Below, piece after piece: positions 35,480 to 48,532 of a DNA stretch of 64,000 nt; position 1 is the stretch's first letter, and each line of letters begins with the position of its first letter. The DNA comes from Veleropilina oligotropha. Its lineage: Eukaryota. The stretch is taken from contig JBEUKZ010000088.1 of the NCBI GenBank assembly GCA_048128005.1, positions 1 through 64,000 on the forward strand. The letters are read 5' to 3'. A program made the translations under genes and the position numbers. The notes below the pieces were generated by a model. It did not search any database. It had not been told where the DNA came from and worked only from the letters and a program-made list of their open reading frames with translations.

Positions 35480-36130
35480 CCGACGTGCGGGGGACGTGCA
35501 CACAACTGACGTTGGCCGCGGTGTAGATAGGGCCAATCTATGGCCGTCTTGTGAGGAGGTGAGCGCTTCTCATCCATTTTCGGATTATTTGTTCATTCCT
35601 TGTCGATTTTGTCGTAAATAAATGGTTATGGAGATGATGCAATATAATGTGACCGCGATGTGCCTGTGTTATCACACGTGGTCCACCAGTTCTGGAACGA
35701 TGAGCTGTGTGGCTCGTTTTTTTAAATCATTCCCGAATTAATATGCCCGTTGACTGCAACCCACTGTCCTTGCAATGGCGGCTACGAACGTTCCAGAATG
35801 CAACATCCAGATTGCATGTTCACGCTGTACATTTGAGGGGCGTGGCATCGGAACTGGTCGTAGCAAATATCCTTTCAATGTGCTTTCCGTCTTGTCAAAC
35901 TGATATGAACAAGTAATGATGAAAACACGTTTGCTATTGCAGTCACATGACCAGTGGCACGTGCAAACAGTGTTTCCCTAATGGTGCTTTTCCCGCGCTA
36001 TTGATCGACTGACGTGTCTGCGATGGACAACGGACTGCGTCTAGACATCGCAATTATCGTATTTATTTATAAAAACTCCATGCTATTAAAATTTAATCAA
36101 ATTATAAAATTTATGATTGTGAAGTGTCTA
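35480..36130 (-). mobile_element. Degenerate Tc1-like transposon fragment
   Basis: Homologous to 53900-54900 (atgccacgcc...cagcgtga.catgc...atgttgca.tctggaacg). Confidence 0.65.
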
Positions 36131-36997
36131 ATTTGGTTCAATTTATTGACTCGGTCTATTGTTGATTTGTCAACGGCGACAGATGAACATGGGCCTCTGT
36201 TTGCATAAGAAAGATGCACAGCGACTTCATCTGTAACCCATGGGCTTGGTTATCTGCTAAAATCTAACAAGATTGAGCTGGACAGACGCCACAGTGTGTT
36301 TGAAATATTTCCAACACATAATATATATTGTAGTCACCGTGGATGAGTCTCATTCTTTGGTCACAAAGCGGTAGTTCTTTTGATTCCATAGCGTCCATGT
36401 TCGGTCCTTTATATCACTATCCAAGATTTATCTGCCAGGGATCATTGTACTATCAATCAGCAGTCTTTTCTTTGCCCACAAGATATGCAATCCCGAAGAG
36501 CAAGCATAACAGACGGAGACTTTGTATACCCACAACCACGGTGCGCTTGATCATGATAATGCGGATATCAACATGACAGAAACGCTGGAAAGGGTGTATC
36601 AGTGAAGTCATATACAGTTTTATCACATATCTAGGTCATGTCATATACAGTTTTATCACATATCTAGGTCATGTTCCCATAGTGCAGCACCGTGTCTTAT
36701 TCTTCGTATTAGACGCGTGTATAAAAGCCTGCTTGAAATGTGATTGGATGATTTAATGAATGAAATTAGAACAGCCAATAGAACTGCGTGTCACTAAAGG
36801 TCGAGCGCACTTCTTGTTTTTACTACGTATTGTATACTATAATGTCATAATGAGATTGCCGCCAATATTTGTAATGTTGACATTATGGCGGCGATAGTGG
36901 AAACATTTATAGCAACGGCCACAAAACAATAACATGTTAGAGATTATTGGAACTGATTTCGAGGTAACGAGATTGCAGACGCGACAATCACATATAT

Positions 36998-39900
36998 TAG
37001 TCCATGAGCCCAGACCAGATTTTTCAGTTATTGGTACCACCCAAGGTGGCAATTTCTAATGAAGTATTTTGACATGGTATATATCTATAGCTGATATTTT
37101 GTTATGATAGACATTCCAGAGTGGTAGCTTAGTCATATATATCAGCTACTGAATACATTGACCCGAAACGCCAAACTCGAAGGCTGTAAAACTTGGCTTG
37201 AAAATACATATAACTGAAATAACAACATGAAGTCAACCATTTAATGAATAATATGTTGTCATTATTGTATTGCTGAGCTAGACAGATCACAAAGTAGCTT
37301 GGACAATATATTAGCCAATAAAATACCAGGTTTACATGTAGATCACCTTCGCCAGGTCAATAAATGTTCATAAAAGCAATTTTGGTTTGATTATAGTTTC
37401 ATATTTATCCAGTATTGAGTGTACACCAGTTTATACTTATCAAGCAACAGAACTTGTCACGTGACGTCATGTGAGTTGCGTTCGTCTTAAGTTATGTGAC
37501 TATGAAGTCCAGACCATTGGCTAAACACAAATCATTGTCAATTATCTTCATCATCAGTGTCAGAATCGTCGAGTTCCACTGCTACTTCGTCCTCGTCGTC
37601 AGTTCTTTGGTTGGTGCATGTCTGCAGCTTGCACATGTCCGTGCACGTCAGCTGGTTGACCAGGCATGCACAGTCTGGGAGTTTGCAGACACGCGCACAC
37701 CTGCAGGACATCAGCTGCAAGAATGCACCAGGTGCCGGCGAGCCCTGCATCCACTCTATTTCCAGACTACCATCTTTACCCGTGGTCCAGCCACAGGCCT
37801 TGGGATCTGGCACAGCAGGTTGACTCACAAGATAGCGTCGCCAAATCGCGGTCTGATAGTTTGCACGGAGGACGTGCATGTACAAGCAGTTCATGCATGG
37901 TGGCAGCTGGCTGGATTCCACCTCTCCCCGTTTTGCAGAGAAGAGTTGGTAGCGGAGTGTATTGACATCAGAGGTGGTGGATGAGGATGCATACAGCCGG
38001 CAGACAAAGTCTTGCATCTTGTCAAATAGGTCTGCAGATACATTCCATGCTTCACCAAGACACTTGAATGCCTCCTGATAGGTCTCATTCTCCTTCAAAT
38101 GCTTGAGTGCATTCAGCTTTCCACGACCAGCAAATGCACTGACCGTGTCACACCCAGTGAGGGCATGTAGTCCGACAAGACCTTTGCAGACTTCATCGCC
38201 CAGGGAGAGTGCCAGTTTACCAATGTCTATGTATCGTGTACGGTTCTGTGTACCACACTTCTGATACAAAGGGCAGGCCATCCTCTTGCTGACGCAAAGG
38301 CACAGTATCAGCACATCAGTGTCTTCAGCTGTGATGACCACAGAACAGTATCCATCATCTGAGGCATGTTGGGCATGTAGAAGCATTCGTGTGTCAGCTT
38401 CCTCTTGTGTTGACAGTAGTGCTTGGATTTCACACCAGTGATCACTGGTGAACAGGTAGCATGCCTCCCACAGGTCACGTACAGCAACTTGTCCTGGAGC
38501 CTCTCTCTCTTTGCAGGTTGCTTCCACTGTTCCACGATGAATTCAACCAGGCTCGTTTTGTTCTCAGAGTTACTCAGGAACTTTCTCCATTGCAGAATAA
38601 TGTGACCTGGAGCGATGTTCTTCCATTGTGTGCCACTGGTGGTGCCTCTGTTGCATCTCTCGGCATTCTTGATAGACGTCTTCCAGTAGACATCGAACAC
38701 GATATCAATCCTGCGACTGCGAGCACCCTCATGCAGTGCTAGGGAGAGAGCAGCATATGCCAGCTGTTGAAATGTTTTGCCATCTCCCTTCAGTTTATGG
38801 ACAAGACTCATTCCGCCAATTATGCATGCTGAAGGCTCTGGCATATCTTCTGCTGGTGACACGTTCTTTTCCAGCTCTCTGGCAAGAGCAGCTTTGTTGG
38901 TCTTCCGGAGAGAGCCATCACTGTTTGAGAGTGACCATGGTAGTGGCCCCAGTGGGTGTGCTAGAACATCTCTGATGTGTAGTTGTCTGCTCTGGGCAAT
39001 GAGGATCATGTGCGCGAATAGATTTCTATCTGCTTTCAGCACCAACTGTTTCCCTTGAGCTTTATCACCAGTTTTTCGTTTGATGTTTTGGAATGTCTTC
39101 AAGTTCTGTTTCTTCATTGGTCCATGGAACTTCACTGTTGGTGATTGTGTCTCCAAACGTTGCATCTTGAAAGCTTGGTAGGCTGCTTCTCCCACAGATT
39201 GAGCCTTCAGCAGGTCACTGGCAACATCTGGAGGCGCTACGATACCCGTGGACAAGCTAACCAGATCTGTGTGATCATGACTGAGTGGATTGATCCAACT
39301 GTTCTCCATCAGTTCCACAAATTCGTTGATGTCCTTCTCGTCCCTCTTGATCATGGGGAGCATCAAATCTGGATGGTTGAGCTGTTGGGAGCTGTCTCGA
39401 CCAATCATATCCCTCAGATGCCTCAGGTACGAGCTTCTGTATTCGGATGTCAGGTAATATCGACCCACAGCTCCTGGCTTTAGACTGAATCCTTTGGTCC
39501 CACCCGGAGTTTGTGTGTCCTTGTGGACGGTCGTCTCAATGGTCTGGTCCACAGGAATTCGACCAAAGGGATTTTTGCTGCCAATCTGGACAGCGAAGCC
39601 ACCTTGCATGAAGTGGGCATACACCTCATGGTGATCTATGTGTAGCCTGGACATCGCGGCATAGTAGTAGGAGTGGTAGCGTGCATAATTCAACTTGTCA
39701 TGTGCAAAGCACCAGACAATCATTGGACGAATGCACGCCAGATGCAGCATCCAGTTACCCTCTCTTGAAGCCCTAATTAGACCCAGCATTACCTCCACCA
39801 AGTCCACATATGACATCCAGAAGGCAGACAGGCTTCCATTCTCCTCTCTGAGGTAGCTGAGGTAGACACCAAACAGCTGTAGGATGTGTGTGCATGATTT

Positions 39901-41133
39901 GTTATTCAGGACCTCGTGGAAAGCAGCTTGGGAGACGTCCTCACGGAGGCTGCTAGTGGCCCTGATTGCTTCATCTAGATGGACCAAGTCTTCGATGTGG
40001 TTGTCCGCTACCCACTGGTGGAAACCTTTCCAAGCCAGCCTCATGAAAGCCTCATAAAGCAGCTTGTGCAGTCTCACTGCTCTGTTGTATTTTCTACCTT
40101 CCATCACTCCAGCCACAGAACCATCAGCAATGACACCTGCCTCTACACACAGACCCTCAGGCCAGCATCCTGGAACCTCTTGCCAATAATTGACATCAGA
40201 CAGCAGATGGTATGAAATACACCCATTCGGATGATGATGTTCTTGAATTTCTGCTGGTGCTTCCATATTACTTCAGCGGCTTTAGCATAGAGTGCCTGGT
40301 CGAACACACATACTATTTTGTTCAGCTCGAGGGACTGCATGATGTTGATTGACTGGTTCAATACTTCGTTTACAGTTGACATGCGTGTTGCTGGTGCATT
40401 GATCGTTGTACATAAACACTTCATAATCATAATGTATTCAGCTTGAATACAAATTTCAAGCATACGTTTGACCCATTTGGCGTTTTACCTTTCACTCCTG
40501 TGAAGCTTCTGTCGCGTTGTAACTGCAGTTGAAACACTGCGGAAGCCCTCAATAATAACACGTGGTAACAAAATATGTGACGTAGCGCAGAAACCTCGTA
40601 GGTGCTACGTTCAACGTGAAAAACTAAACCTCTCTAGTATTTAGCCTTGTACAAGCCAGGCCCAAATGGTTTTGTTTTTAAATAACTTGTATGTCTGTGA
40701 TTGCCAAATATGTGGAGTTCAAATTATTCATTAGAAATTAATCAAACGACGGTACGTAGTACTTGTAACTTTCATTGCTAGGTGTTAGGTATTCCATGCA
40801 TGGCTAAGTTGTCATATTTTCCACTGGTTCTATTTGGGATCAAAATGTGTAAAACTATATGATCAAACATTCATTGAAAACTAGTGTGAATGCTAAAATC
40901 TTTTATATATTCAGGGTTCATTTAATTAGCCTAGAGGCGCCAATTAAAATAATTAAAAAAAAATAAAATAAAAAAATTAACAATTATGGGGTAGCATGTA
41001 ACACTGATAATAGCTACCCATTTGGAAAGTCTATCATGGTTTAATGTACTTATATGGACACTACAAACAAAATGGGACCACAAAAGTTTTGCCACCTCGG
41101 GTGGTACCGATATTTGGTCTGGCCCATGGACTA
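36998..41133 (-). mobile_element. Academ (XPG-type) DNA transposon, internally deleted
   Basis: TAG..CTA termini (tagtccatg.gcc.agacca..ggtaccacc.aaggtggcaa), 3-bp TSD tat confirmed against the empty paralogous site near 43428, and a transposase/XPG-like/Cys-rich reading frame. Confidence 0.88.
37538..40463 (-). pseudogene. Academ transposase-XPG-Cys8 pseudogene (three ORFs joined by two frameshifts)
   Basis: VFDQALYAKA, RMGVFHT, DKLNYARY, PVDQTIE, QEEADTRMLLHA, DTDV, HALTGCDTVSAFAGRGK and a terminal CRC..C....C.C......CTDMC....C finger. Confidence 0.88.
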
Positions 41134-42142
41134 TATGCAGGACCCGAGGTACGTATGCATAGCTTCTCGCGCGATAGCAGACGTCAATGACAGATTCAAA
41201 CCGGTCAGCGACACCTACTGCGTTACTGTTTTGGCAGATAGTTTTAAATCCTAATGAAAATTGTTATTCTAATATGATGATATAGTTTATATAAAGTTAT
41301 ATCGTTTCAGTTTCATAGAATATTTGTTAGTTATTTAATTAATGTCAATTATGCAACTACTGTCGCACTCTTTTTAGAGGGCATTGTTATTAATTTATGT
41401 AATGAGTTAACACGATGTCCTTTTGCATTAAACTGTTTACATATCACTTCGCCGTAATGTCGCCTTCACTCTACTGCCGATTCTTCGTGCCGGTAAGGAA
41501 ATTTCGTGTGTTTGTAGTTTGTTTCGTACCAAAGAGCAATATGTGATAAATAGAACCTCACACTCGTAGTAATGTAATATCACATTTATGAAACTCGTTT
41601 AACAAATTTTCATATTTTCCTCGGCAAGCCACGGAAAATATGAAAATTAGTTAAACTCGTTTCATAAATGTGATATTACATTACCACTCATGTGAGATCC
41701 TCTATTTATCACGCTGCTCTGCTGTGCCAAATTCAGATGGAATGGTGCGATGGGACAATCTTGGATACCAATGCTACCTGAGCTGATCTTGTATACAAAT
41801 GTATGCAATTCCTTGACATGCACGCCCTCAGGGAGTACACAGCCTCGTGTCCATATGATAAAGGCATGCTCAGTGCACTAAACACATAGCTTGCCGGATA
41901 CTTTCCAGGTTTAACTGATGTTGTGAGTGAAGTGGGCATCCCACAAGCAGATCTGATGGAGGCAACAATTAAGAATCTCCTTCATCGATTTGCAGGATCA
42001 TCTGACCATCTTCACCCATAATAAAAATTATAAAGACGGAGATCCATGATGACATCTCTTTACCTGTTATTACTGAACCATCATCCTTCGTGCAGGTCAT
42101 ATTGTAACTGCAGGCGCGAAGACAACTGGCGCAACTCGTATA

Positions 42143-42665
42143 TAGAGGATATCGAACGAGTGTCCATTTCATATGAGAATTATAAAACGAGTCGGGCACA
42201 ATTTATGTACCGAGCCTTGGCGAGGTACATAAAGTTGCTAACGAGTTTCATAATTCTCATATGAAATGGAAACAAGTTTGATATCTTCTTTATCACATGA
42301 CTTTATTTACTTTTAAACTTATTTTATTGCGTATTTAAAATCATTTCTTTACGTTTTAAAATTAATTTATGTCAGTACTTTTTAGCCATAAATTGTCATG
42401 CCTGAGACGCATCACCCCTCGACAGCACGCGCCACGCCAATACGCCAATAAAAAATAGTTCAATATCTGTGTTTTGTCAGTAATCGACTAGTCAACGCGT
42501 ATGAATTATGTATTATGTCAATTTTGCTGATGCGCCACCTAATCAATTTCACGCCAGATGCGACAAGAGATGCACGCCCTTATTTGCATACTTATGTTAC
42601 ATGTGATCATATTGAATTTTTGAAATGGGCTAAGGCGTTGCATAACAGCTTTTTCATGTGATAAA
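42143..42665 (+). mobile_element. Related hairpin-bearing Crypton-like element, copy 2
   Basis: tagaggatatc.. hairpin centred on ccgagccttggcgagg, followed by ttatcacatg...catgtgataaa. Confidence 0.55.
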
Positions 42666-43773
42666 TAGAGGATCTCATATGAGTGGTAATGTAATATCAC
42701 ATTTATGAAACGAGTTTCATAAATGTGATATTACATTACCACGAGTGTGAGGTTCTATTTATCACGGGCCGCTTCGGTAGCGCAGTGGGTAGAGTGTCCA
42801 CTCTAAATTCACTGGCTTGTTTCCGCTGACGCGAACAGTAGTGGGATCGACCCCCGGCTGAGGCAGCACACATTTGTTCAAGTTATGAAGCACAGTTGTC
42901 CGTGACTGGCCGAAGAGGGCGGGTTTACCCGGCGACCGGGGTTTCCACCCGCGAGAACACGGACATGTCCTGCCTTGAACCTCGATGTTATAAATATACA
43001 GGATATTAAGCATAATTCCTCCTTCCTCCTATTTATCACATATTGCTCTTCGGTAGGAAACAAGCTACAAACTCACTAAATTGCCTTATCGGTCGAAGAA
43101 TCAGCAGTAGATTGAATGCGACATTACGGCGTAGTGATATGTAAACAGTTTAATGCAAAAGGCATCGTGTTTACTCATTACATAAATTAGTAACACTGCC
43201 GTCTAAAAAGAGTGCGAAAGTTTTTCATTAATTAAGTTAACTAACAAATATTCTTTGAAAATGAACAGATATAACTTTATTTAAACTATATGAACATATT
43301 AGAATAACAATTTTCATTAAGATTTAAAACTATCTGACAAAGACAATAACGCGGGACTATGACTGTGTCGCCGACCGGTTTGAATCTGTCATTTGACGTC
43401 TGCTATCGCGGCCTACGTATACCTGCATAAATGTGATTGTTGCGTCTGCAATCTCGTTACCTCGAAATCAGTTCCAATAATCTCTACCATGTTGTTGTTT
43501 TGTGGCCGTTGCTATAAATGTTTCCACTATCGCCTCCATAATGTCGACATTAAAAATATTGGCGGCAATCACCTTATGACATTATAGTAAATATATAATA
43601 CTTAGTAAAACAAGAAGTGCGCTCGACTTTTAGTGACACGCATTTCTATTGGCTGTTCTAATTCCATTCATTAATTCATCCAAACGCATTTCAATATGGC
43701 TTTCACGCACGTGTCTTACGACGAATAATACACGGTGTTGCACTATGGGAAAATGACCTAGATATGTGATAAA
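42666..43773 (+). mobile_element. Hairpin-bearing Crypton-like element, copy 3 (split by a SINE)
   Basis: Inverted homologue of copy 1; begins right after the terminal GTGATAAA of copy 2 and ends atatgtgataaa. Confidence 0.6.
42766..43028 (+). mobile_element. tRNA-derived SINE, family A
   Basis: Same family; TSD ctatttatcac (42755-42765 and 43029-43039). Confidence 0.9.
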
Positions 43774-45684
43774 GTCAGATACGAGATGCTCAGAATAGTG
43801 ATGACGACGATATCGAGGTGAAGGATATGGCTTTCCCCTCTATCGTTACATATTATTACCTCGGCCATGTTTTCGATCCTATTTTGTTTGTTTATGTCAA
43901 CAGGATATCTAAAAAAGTTACAGACGAATTTTGACGTAATCATGTACGGACCAGTCTTGGGCCAAGAACCAATGGATTTGATTTTGGTGGTGGTCCAGAT
44001 CTGGATCCGGATGTGATGACGTCATCCGGATTTTGGTTTTCTGCTCTAGCGGAAACCAATATATATTCACCGTAGAGACTTCTGGTTCCATCCATAGTTT
44101 CCTCGTCCACGTCCAGATCGTATGGAAATGGCGGAGGTTTGCTAGCTCGGATCGCTCTTGATAGATATGTTTTCAAAAATTAAAAATCCAATATGGCATC
44201 CATCAGCGATCGACCAACATGTAGTTACGCAAATCACCGGAGTTGCTCAAATAATCGCCCAATCAAGATGAATTTACTTTACCTCCCACAAGAGTATAAT
44301 TCCATCAAATTAGTTCAATGGTAGCAACAAATCTATGTTCCCAAAATGACAACTGGCCAATGAGGTGTATTGATATATCGCCCATCAGTATTATCACGAT
44401 GATGTAATTCATGAACTAATATATCAGACATATGCATTATCCTCTGACCAACCATTACAACCAGCGCCAATCACAGAACTTCACCCAGTTTGTTGGGGTC
44501 AACTATCACGGACCTGGGTCAGCGATGTTGCCACATAAACTGATGAGATATTTATGAGCAAATTCCCTGTATATTCGCAATCCCACAGGGACTCGAGAAA
44601 AGTGCGAAAGAGAGTTTATGACACCCTTAGGTCGATTAACGAATTATGGCAAGCTACGTGCCACACTTTTCCCGCTATCAACGCCCGGTTCTCGTTCGCT
44701 ACCATTACTTAATCAAAAGATGTCAATACGTGAAAGATTAGCTTTTCATTGCCGCTGACAGATATACGATTTGATCTATTAGTTCATTAATTTTTCACGA
44801 GACCGGAGCGAAGGCGCCTGATGATACTGATGGGACGTCACCCGCGAACAATGTGACACAAACTGGACAGCGCTTAAACGGCCTGAAATGTTCAGCCATA
44901 TATATATATGGTTATAAGGAAAAATGATGGATATAAAAACGTACATTCTTAAGCTGAAAAATTGTTATATTTATTATTTTCATGACATCACAAAGTTTGC
45001 TCGCCGCTATTAAACAAAACAGTTGGCACAATTCATGTTTGAATTATACGTAGGCCAATTATATAGGCTGTTTGAACCGAGTAACCGTATATGAGCTATA
45101 TCGGCCTCGAAATGATGATACATGCTAATTATAAGAATTGGTGTATTTATTGGTAGAAATAGTCATACTCATATAAAGCTTTCAGATATCATCGTCTCAG
45201 TAGATAACAATACTGTTAGTGAAGGTGGACTTCTGCAGGGAGCGCTATTGCTGATCCATTTAGTGCTGTCATCTGTTTTGTATAATTCACCAAGTTTATG
45301 AAAACACGAAGGTAAATAGGGATTAATCTTTTCCACAATGAACTGTACGCGAACTCTATGTCCAAGTTGATACATTCATGGGAAAATATTAAAGTCCCAA
45401 TAGAATTCCAGAAATGTTAATGTATACAGCAAAGAATATAATGCTTTCTTAAACTTTGATACATTGCAATGCCATTGAATAATCGCACTCATAAAGCTCG
45501 GATAATGCATATGGCATCATACATGACGTATGTCACTAAAGTCAAGCATCTCTTTATCTCTTCGACATAATGATTTTCCGCGATATTCAAATTCAATTAG
45601 TTTTTACAGTTCGGTATTCACGTTCACGTATTTCACGTTCGGTATTCAAATTGAAGCAGCATTGCAATGAATTAATATTTGTTC

Positions 45685-45811
45685 ATATATATTTATATAT
45701 ATATATATATATGCATGCATGCATCCATCCATCCATACATACATACATACATACATACATACATACATACATACATACATACATACATACATACATACAT
45801 ACATACATGCA

Positions 45812-45847
<36 letters not shown>

Positions 45848-45852
45848 TATAT
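45685..45852. repeat. (TA)n/(TACA)n microsatellite
   Basis: Direct reading. Other simple repeats lie at about 23880-24020 and 14615-14635. Confidence 0.97.
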
Positions 45853-45909
45853 TGTATTTGCTCATCTCTCTTTAACTCTTGAAACTAAGAATTATAACGA
45901 AACAATAAT

Positions 45910-47722
45910 TGTGAAATCATCACCTGGCTGCTACGATTCCACCCAGAGAAGTGTAAACAGATGCATATTGGAAGGCACAACCCCGACCCTGACTACAAAT
46001 ATAGGCTTCTATAAAACAACTTGGATCTGGTGAAAGAAGAAAAGGATATAGGAGTCATTATAGATTGAGACTTCAGCTTCGATAAGCACATATGCGAAAA
46101 GGTTAAAAAGGCTAATGCCTATGCCACAAATACACCGGTCGCCATGCGATGGAGAATAATCGTACGGCGTCCCGGCTTCCCCGTCATCGGGGAAGAATCG
46201 TAGGTTTCTGGCAAAAATCTGTGCCATGGTCACATTAGATTCGGTGCCCCTACGGGCTAACACAAATTTGCCGCCGGTCAAATCGTGCGAACATCGTAAG
46301 ATTACATTACGATTCCCGTAAGGTCACCTTGCGATTCCAGTACGGTCAACTTACAACTTTCGCATTTTGTCCCGACATCGTAAAGATGCCGAGCGGATGC
46401 CCTACGGGCTTCCTACGATCTCTTACGAATGACCGCGAACATAGAGTTTAATGCCTATGTCACAAATACATCGTAAGCGGATACGGCGCCCGTACGATGT
46501 GTGTTTTTGAAGATGTCGTACGGTCATCGGCGACATCTTGCGGACATCGGAGACATTTTCGCTGATTTTGGAGCATCGTAGAGTCATCGGCAACTTTTAA
46601 CGCAGAGTTATAATTTTTAGAAGATCGTACGATTATGAAATTAGGAAATCATCGCAGGCATATCGCAAGGATGCCTTGCAGTTGCCTTACTCCGTAAGAG
46701 ATCGTAGGAAGTTGTAAGGTGACCGTACTGGGATCGCAAGGTGACCTTACTGGAATCGTAATGTAATCTTACGATGTTCGCACGATTTGACCGGCGTCAA
46801 AATTGCATTAGCCCGTACGGGCACCGTACCTATAATGTGACCATGGCACAGATTTTTGCCAGAAACCTACGATTCTTCCCCGATGTGGGGGAAGCCGCCG
46901 GGGACGCCGTACGATTATCCTCCATCGCATGGCGACCGGTGTATTTGTGACATAGGCATAACCGCAAAGCATCCTTGCGATATGCCTGCGATGATTTCCT
47001 CATTTCAAAATCGTACGATCTTCTAAACAATATAACTCCGCGTTAATAGGCATAGGCATTACTCTATGTTTGCGGTCATTCGTAGGATTTTCCAACATCT
47101 GGATGAACAGACCTGAATAAACAGACTATATAAATCACTAGTGCGCGCACTCATTTGGAGTATGCAAGCTCCGTGTGGGCACCTCACAAAATTCGGCATA
47201 TAGATCAGATAGGAGTCCAGAGAACGGCCACCAAGCAATTACCTGGCATGTCCAATCTTACTTATCCGGAAAGATTGCGGAAACTGAAACTGCCTACATT
47301 AAGCTATAGACGATTCAGATGGGATATGATAGAGATATACAAAATAGTTAGTGGGAAGTATGATCAAACAGCAAGTAACTTCATCCAAATGTGGAACGAC
47401 AACTCTCAGCGGACAGTAAGCAGAGGGAACTCCAGGAAATTATACCCACAGAGATCCAGGATTGATATTCTAAAATACAGTTTCAGTGTGCGTACAGCAC
47501 AAGTGTGGAACAGCCTACCGGACGAAGTTGTATGTGCAAACACACTAACTGCCTTCAAGAACAGGCTTGACAAATGTTTGGAGAACCAGGAAGTGTTATA
47601 CGAAAATTACAAGTCCGAAATTATCATCACCGGAAGTCACAAGAAGTTAGTTTTGGATGAGGAGTCTAATGTAGAGGACCCCATAGGAACCTGAATTTGA
47701 AACCAACGCTAAGTAAGTAAGA
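45910..47722 (+). mobile_element. 3' fragment of a CR1-clade LINE (split by a MITE)
   Basis: EKDIGVII, FDKHICEKVKKA|NSMFAVIRR, LEYASSVWAP, VQRTATK..PGMSNLTYPERLRKLKLPTL.YRR and VWNSLPDEVV; (AAGT)n tail. Confidence 0.88.
46116..47058. mobile_element. Harbinger-like MITE with a second copy (46452-46958) nested in opposite orientation
   Basis: Termini tgcctatg(c/t)cacaaatac. The inner copy is flanked by TAA/TAA and the outer by TAA/TTA. Confidence 0.75.
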
Positions 47723-48532
47723 AATTTATCGATTTGTCCAAACGTCACAAGATCGTCATTCAAATAGAAGTAGCTTCAGGGAACTTCATCCGCGTTATTG
47801 ACATCAATGAAATTGAAGAATATCATCATGGGCATTGAAGGTCAATAACATATCATGAACTGTTATGAGGAGTCCGTAAAATTGATACAAGTTACATTAA
47901 GTATATATATATATATATATATGTATTTCAGCAATTTGTACGAAATAATGTTCTACAACTTTGAACACCTCTCAATTTGAATGAGAGCACGTGTCATCAT
48001 TTTCAAACTCTCCAAAACTATTAGGTAACATTTCGCAACAGTCATCAAACAACATCACTAACACGCCGTTCCACACAGTTGACACGTTTTTGTGCTGGGT
48101 TGACGTAGACGATTGAGTATGGTAGTCAGACCATTATATCTGAGGTGTTAACAAATTGTGTAGTTTATTCGCATGATAGTCTTCGTCGACGTTGACTCTC
48201 TTCTTGTATTTCTTCGAAAACTGGCATGCACAATAGTAAATCGACCATATCTCACTTAGTTTTAAAGTTATAATAATAAATGTAGTACCAAATTGGAACC
48301 GATGCATTTCCCAATTCCACCCAGTGCAATTATGTTAATTGTCACATTTGCATGTTCATGAATATTCATAGAAATAGTGATTTTTTGTCAAGTTTTTGCT
48401 AAAATTTCAGTAACAGTTAAATTTAAAAACTCAAATTACATAAAAATATTAAAATATTATGAAATATTAAAAATATTAAATTTGTATGCCAAATATACAT
48501 ATTTGTAGTCATGTCAATTAATATAATGCCCT

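Larger units (their letters stand above)
36652..41704 (-). mobile_element. Hairpin-bearing Crypton-like non-autonomous element, copy 1 (split by Academ)
   Basis: About 0.9 kb net; GTGATAAA direct repeat at both ends; hairpin at 41550-41704; homologous to 42666-43773. Confidence 0.6.

Noticed and set aside
37496..40215. Plus-strand ORFs over the Academ gene
   Set aside because: Antisense shadows of the transposase frame.
36652..43773. One single 7-kb foldback transposon
   Set aside because: The arms are visibly diverged and each has its own GTGATAAA boundaries, so separate insertions explain it better.
45570..46033. HTYI/MYVC repeat ORFs
   Set aside because: Translation of a (TACA)n microsatellite.
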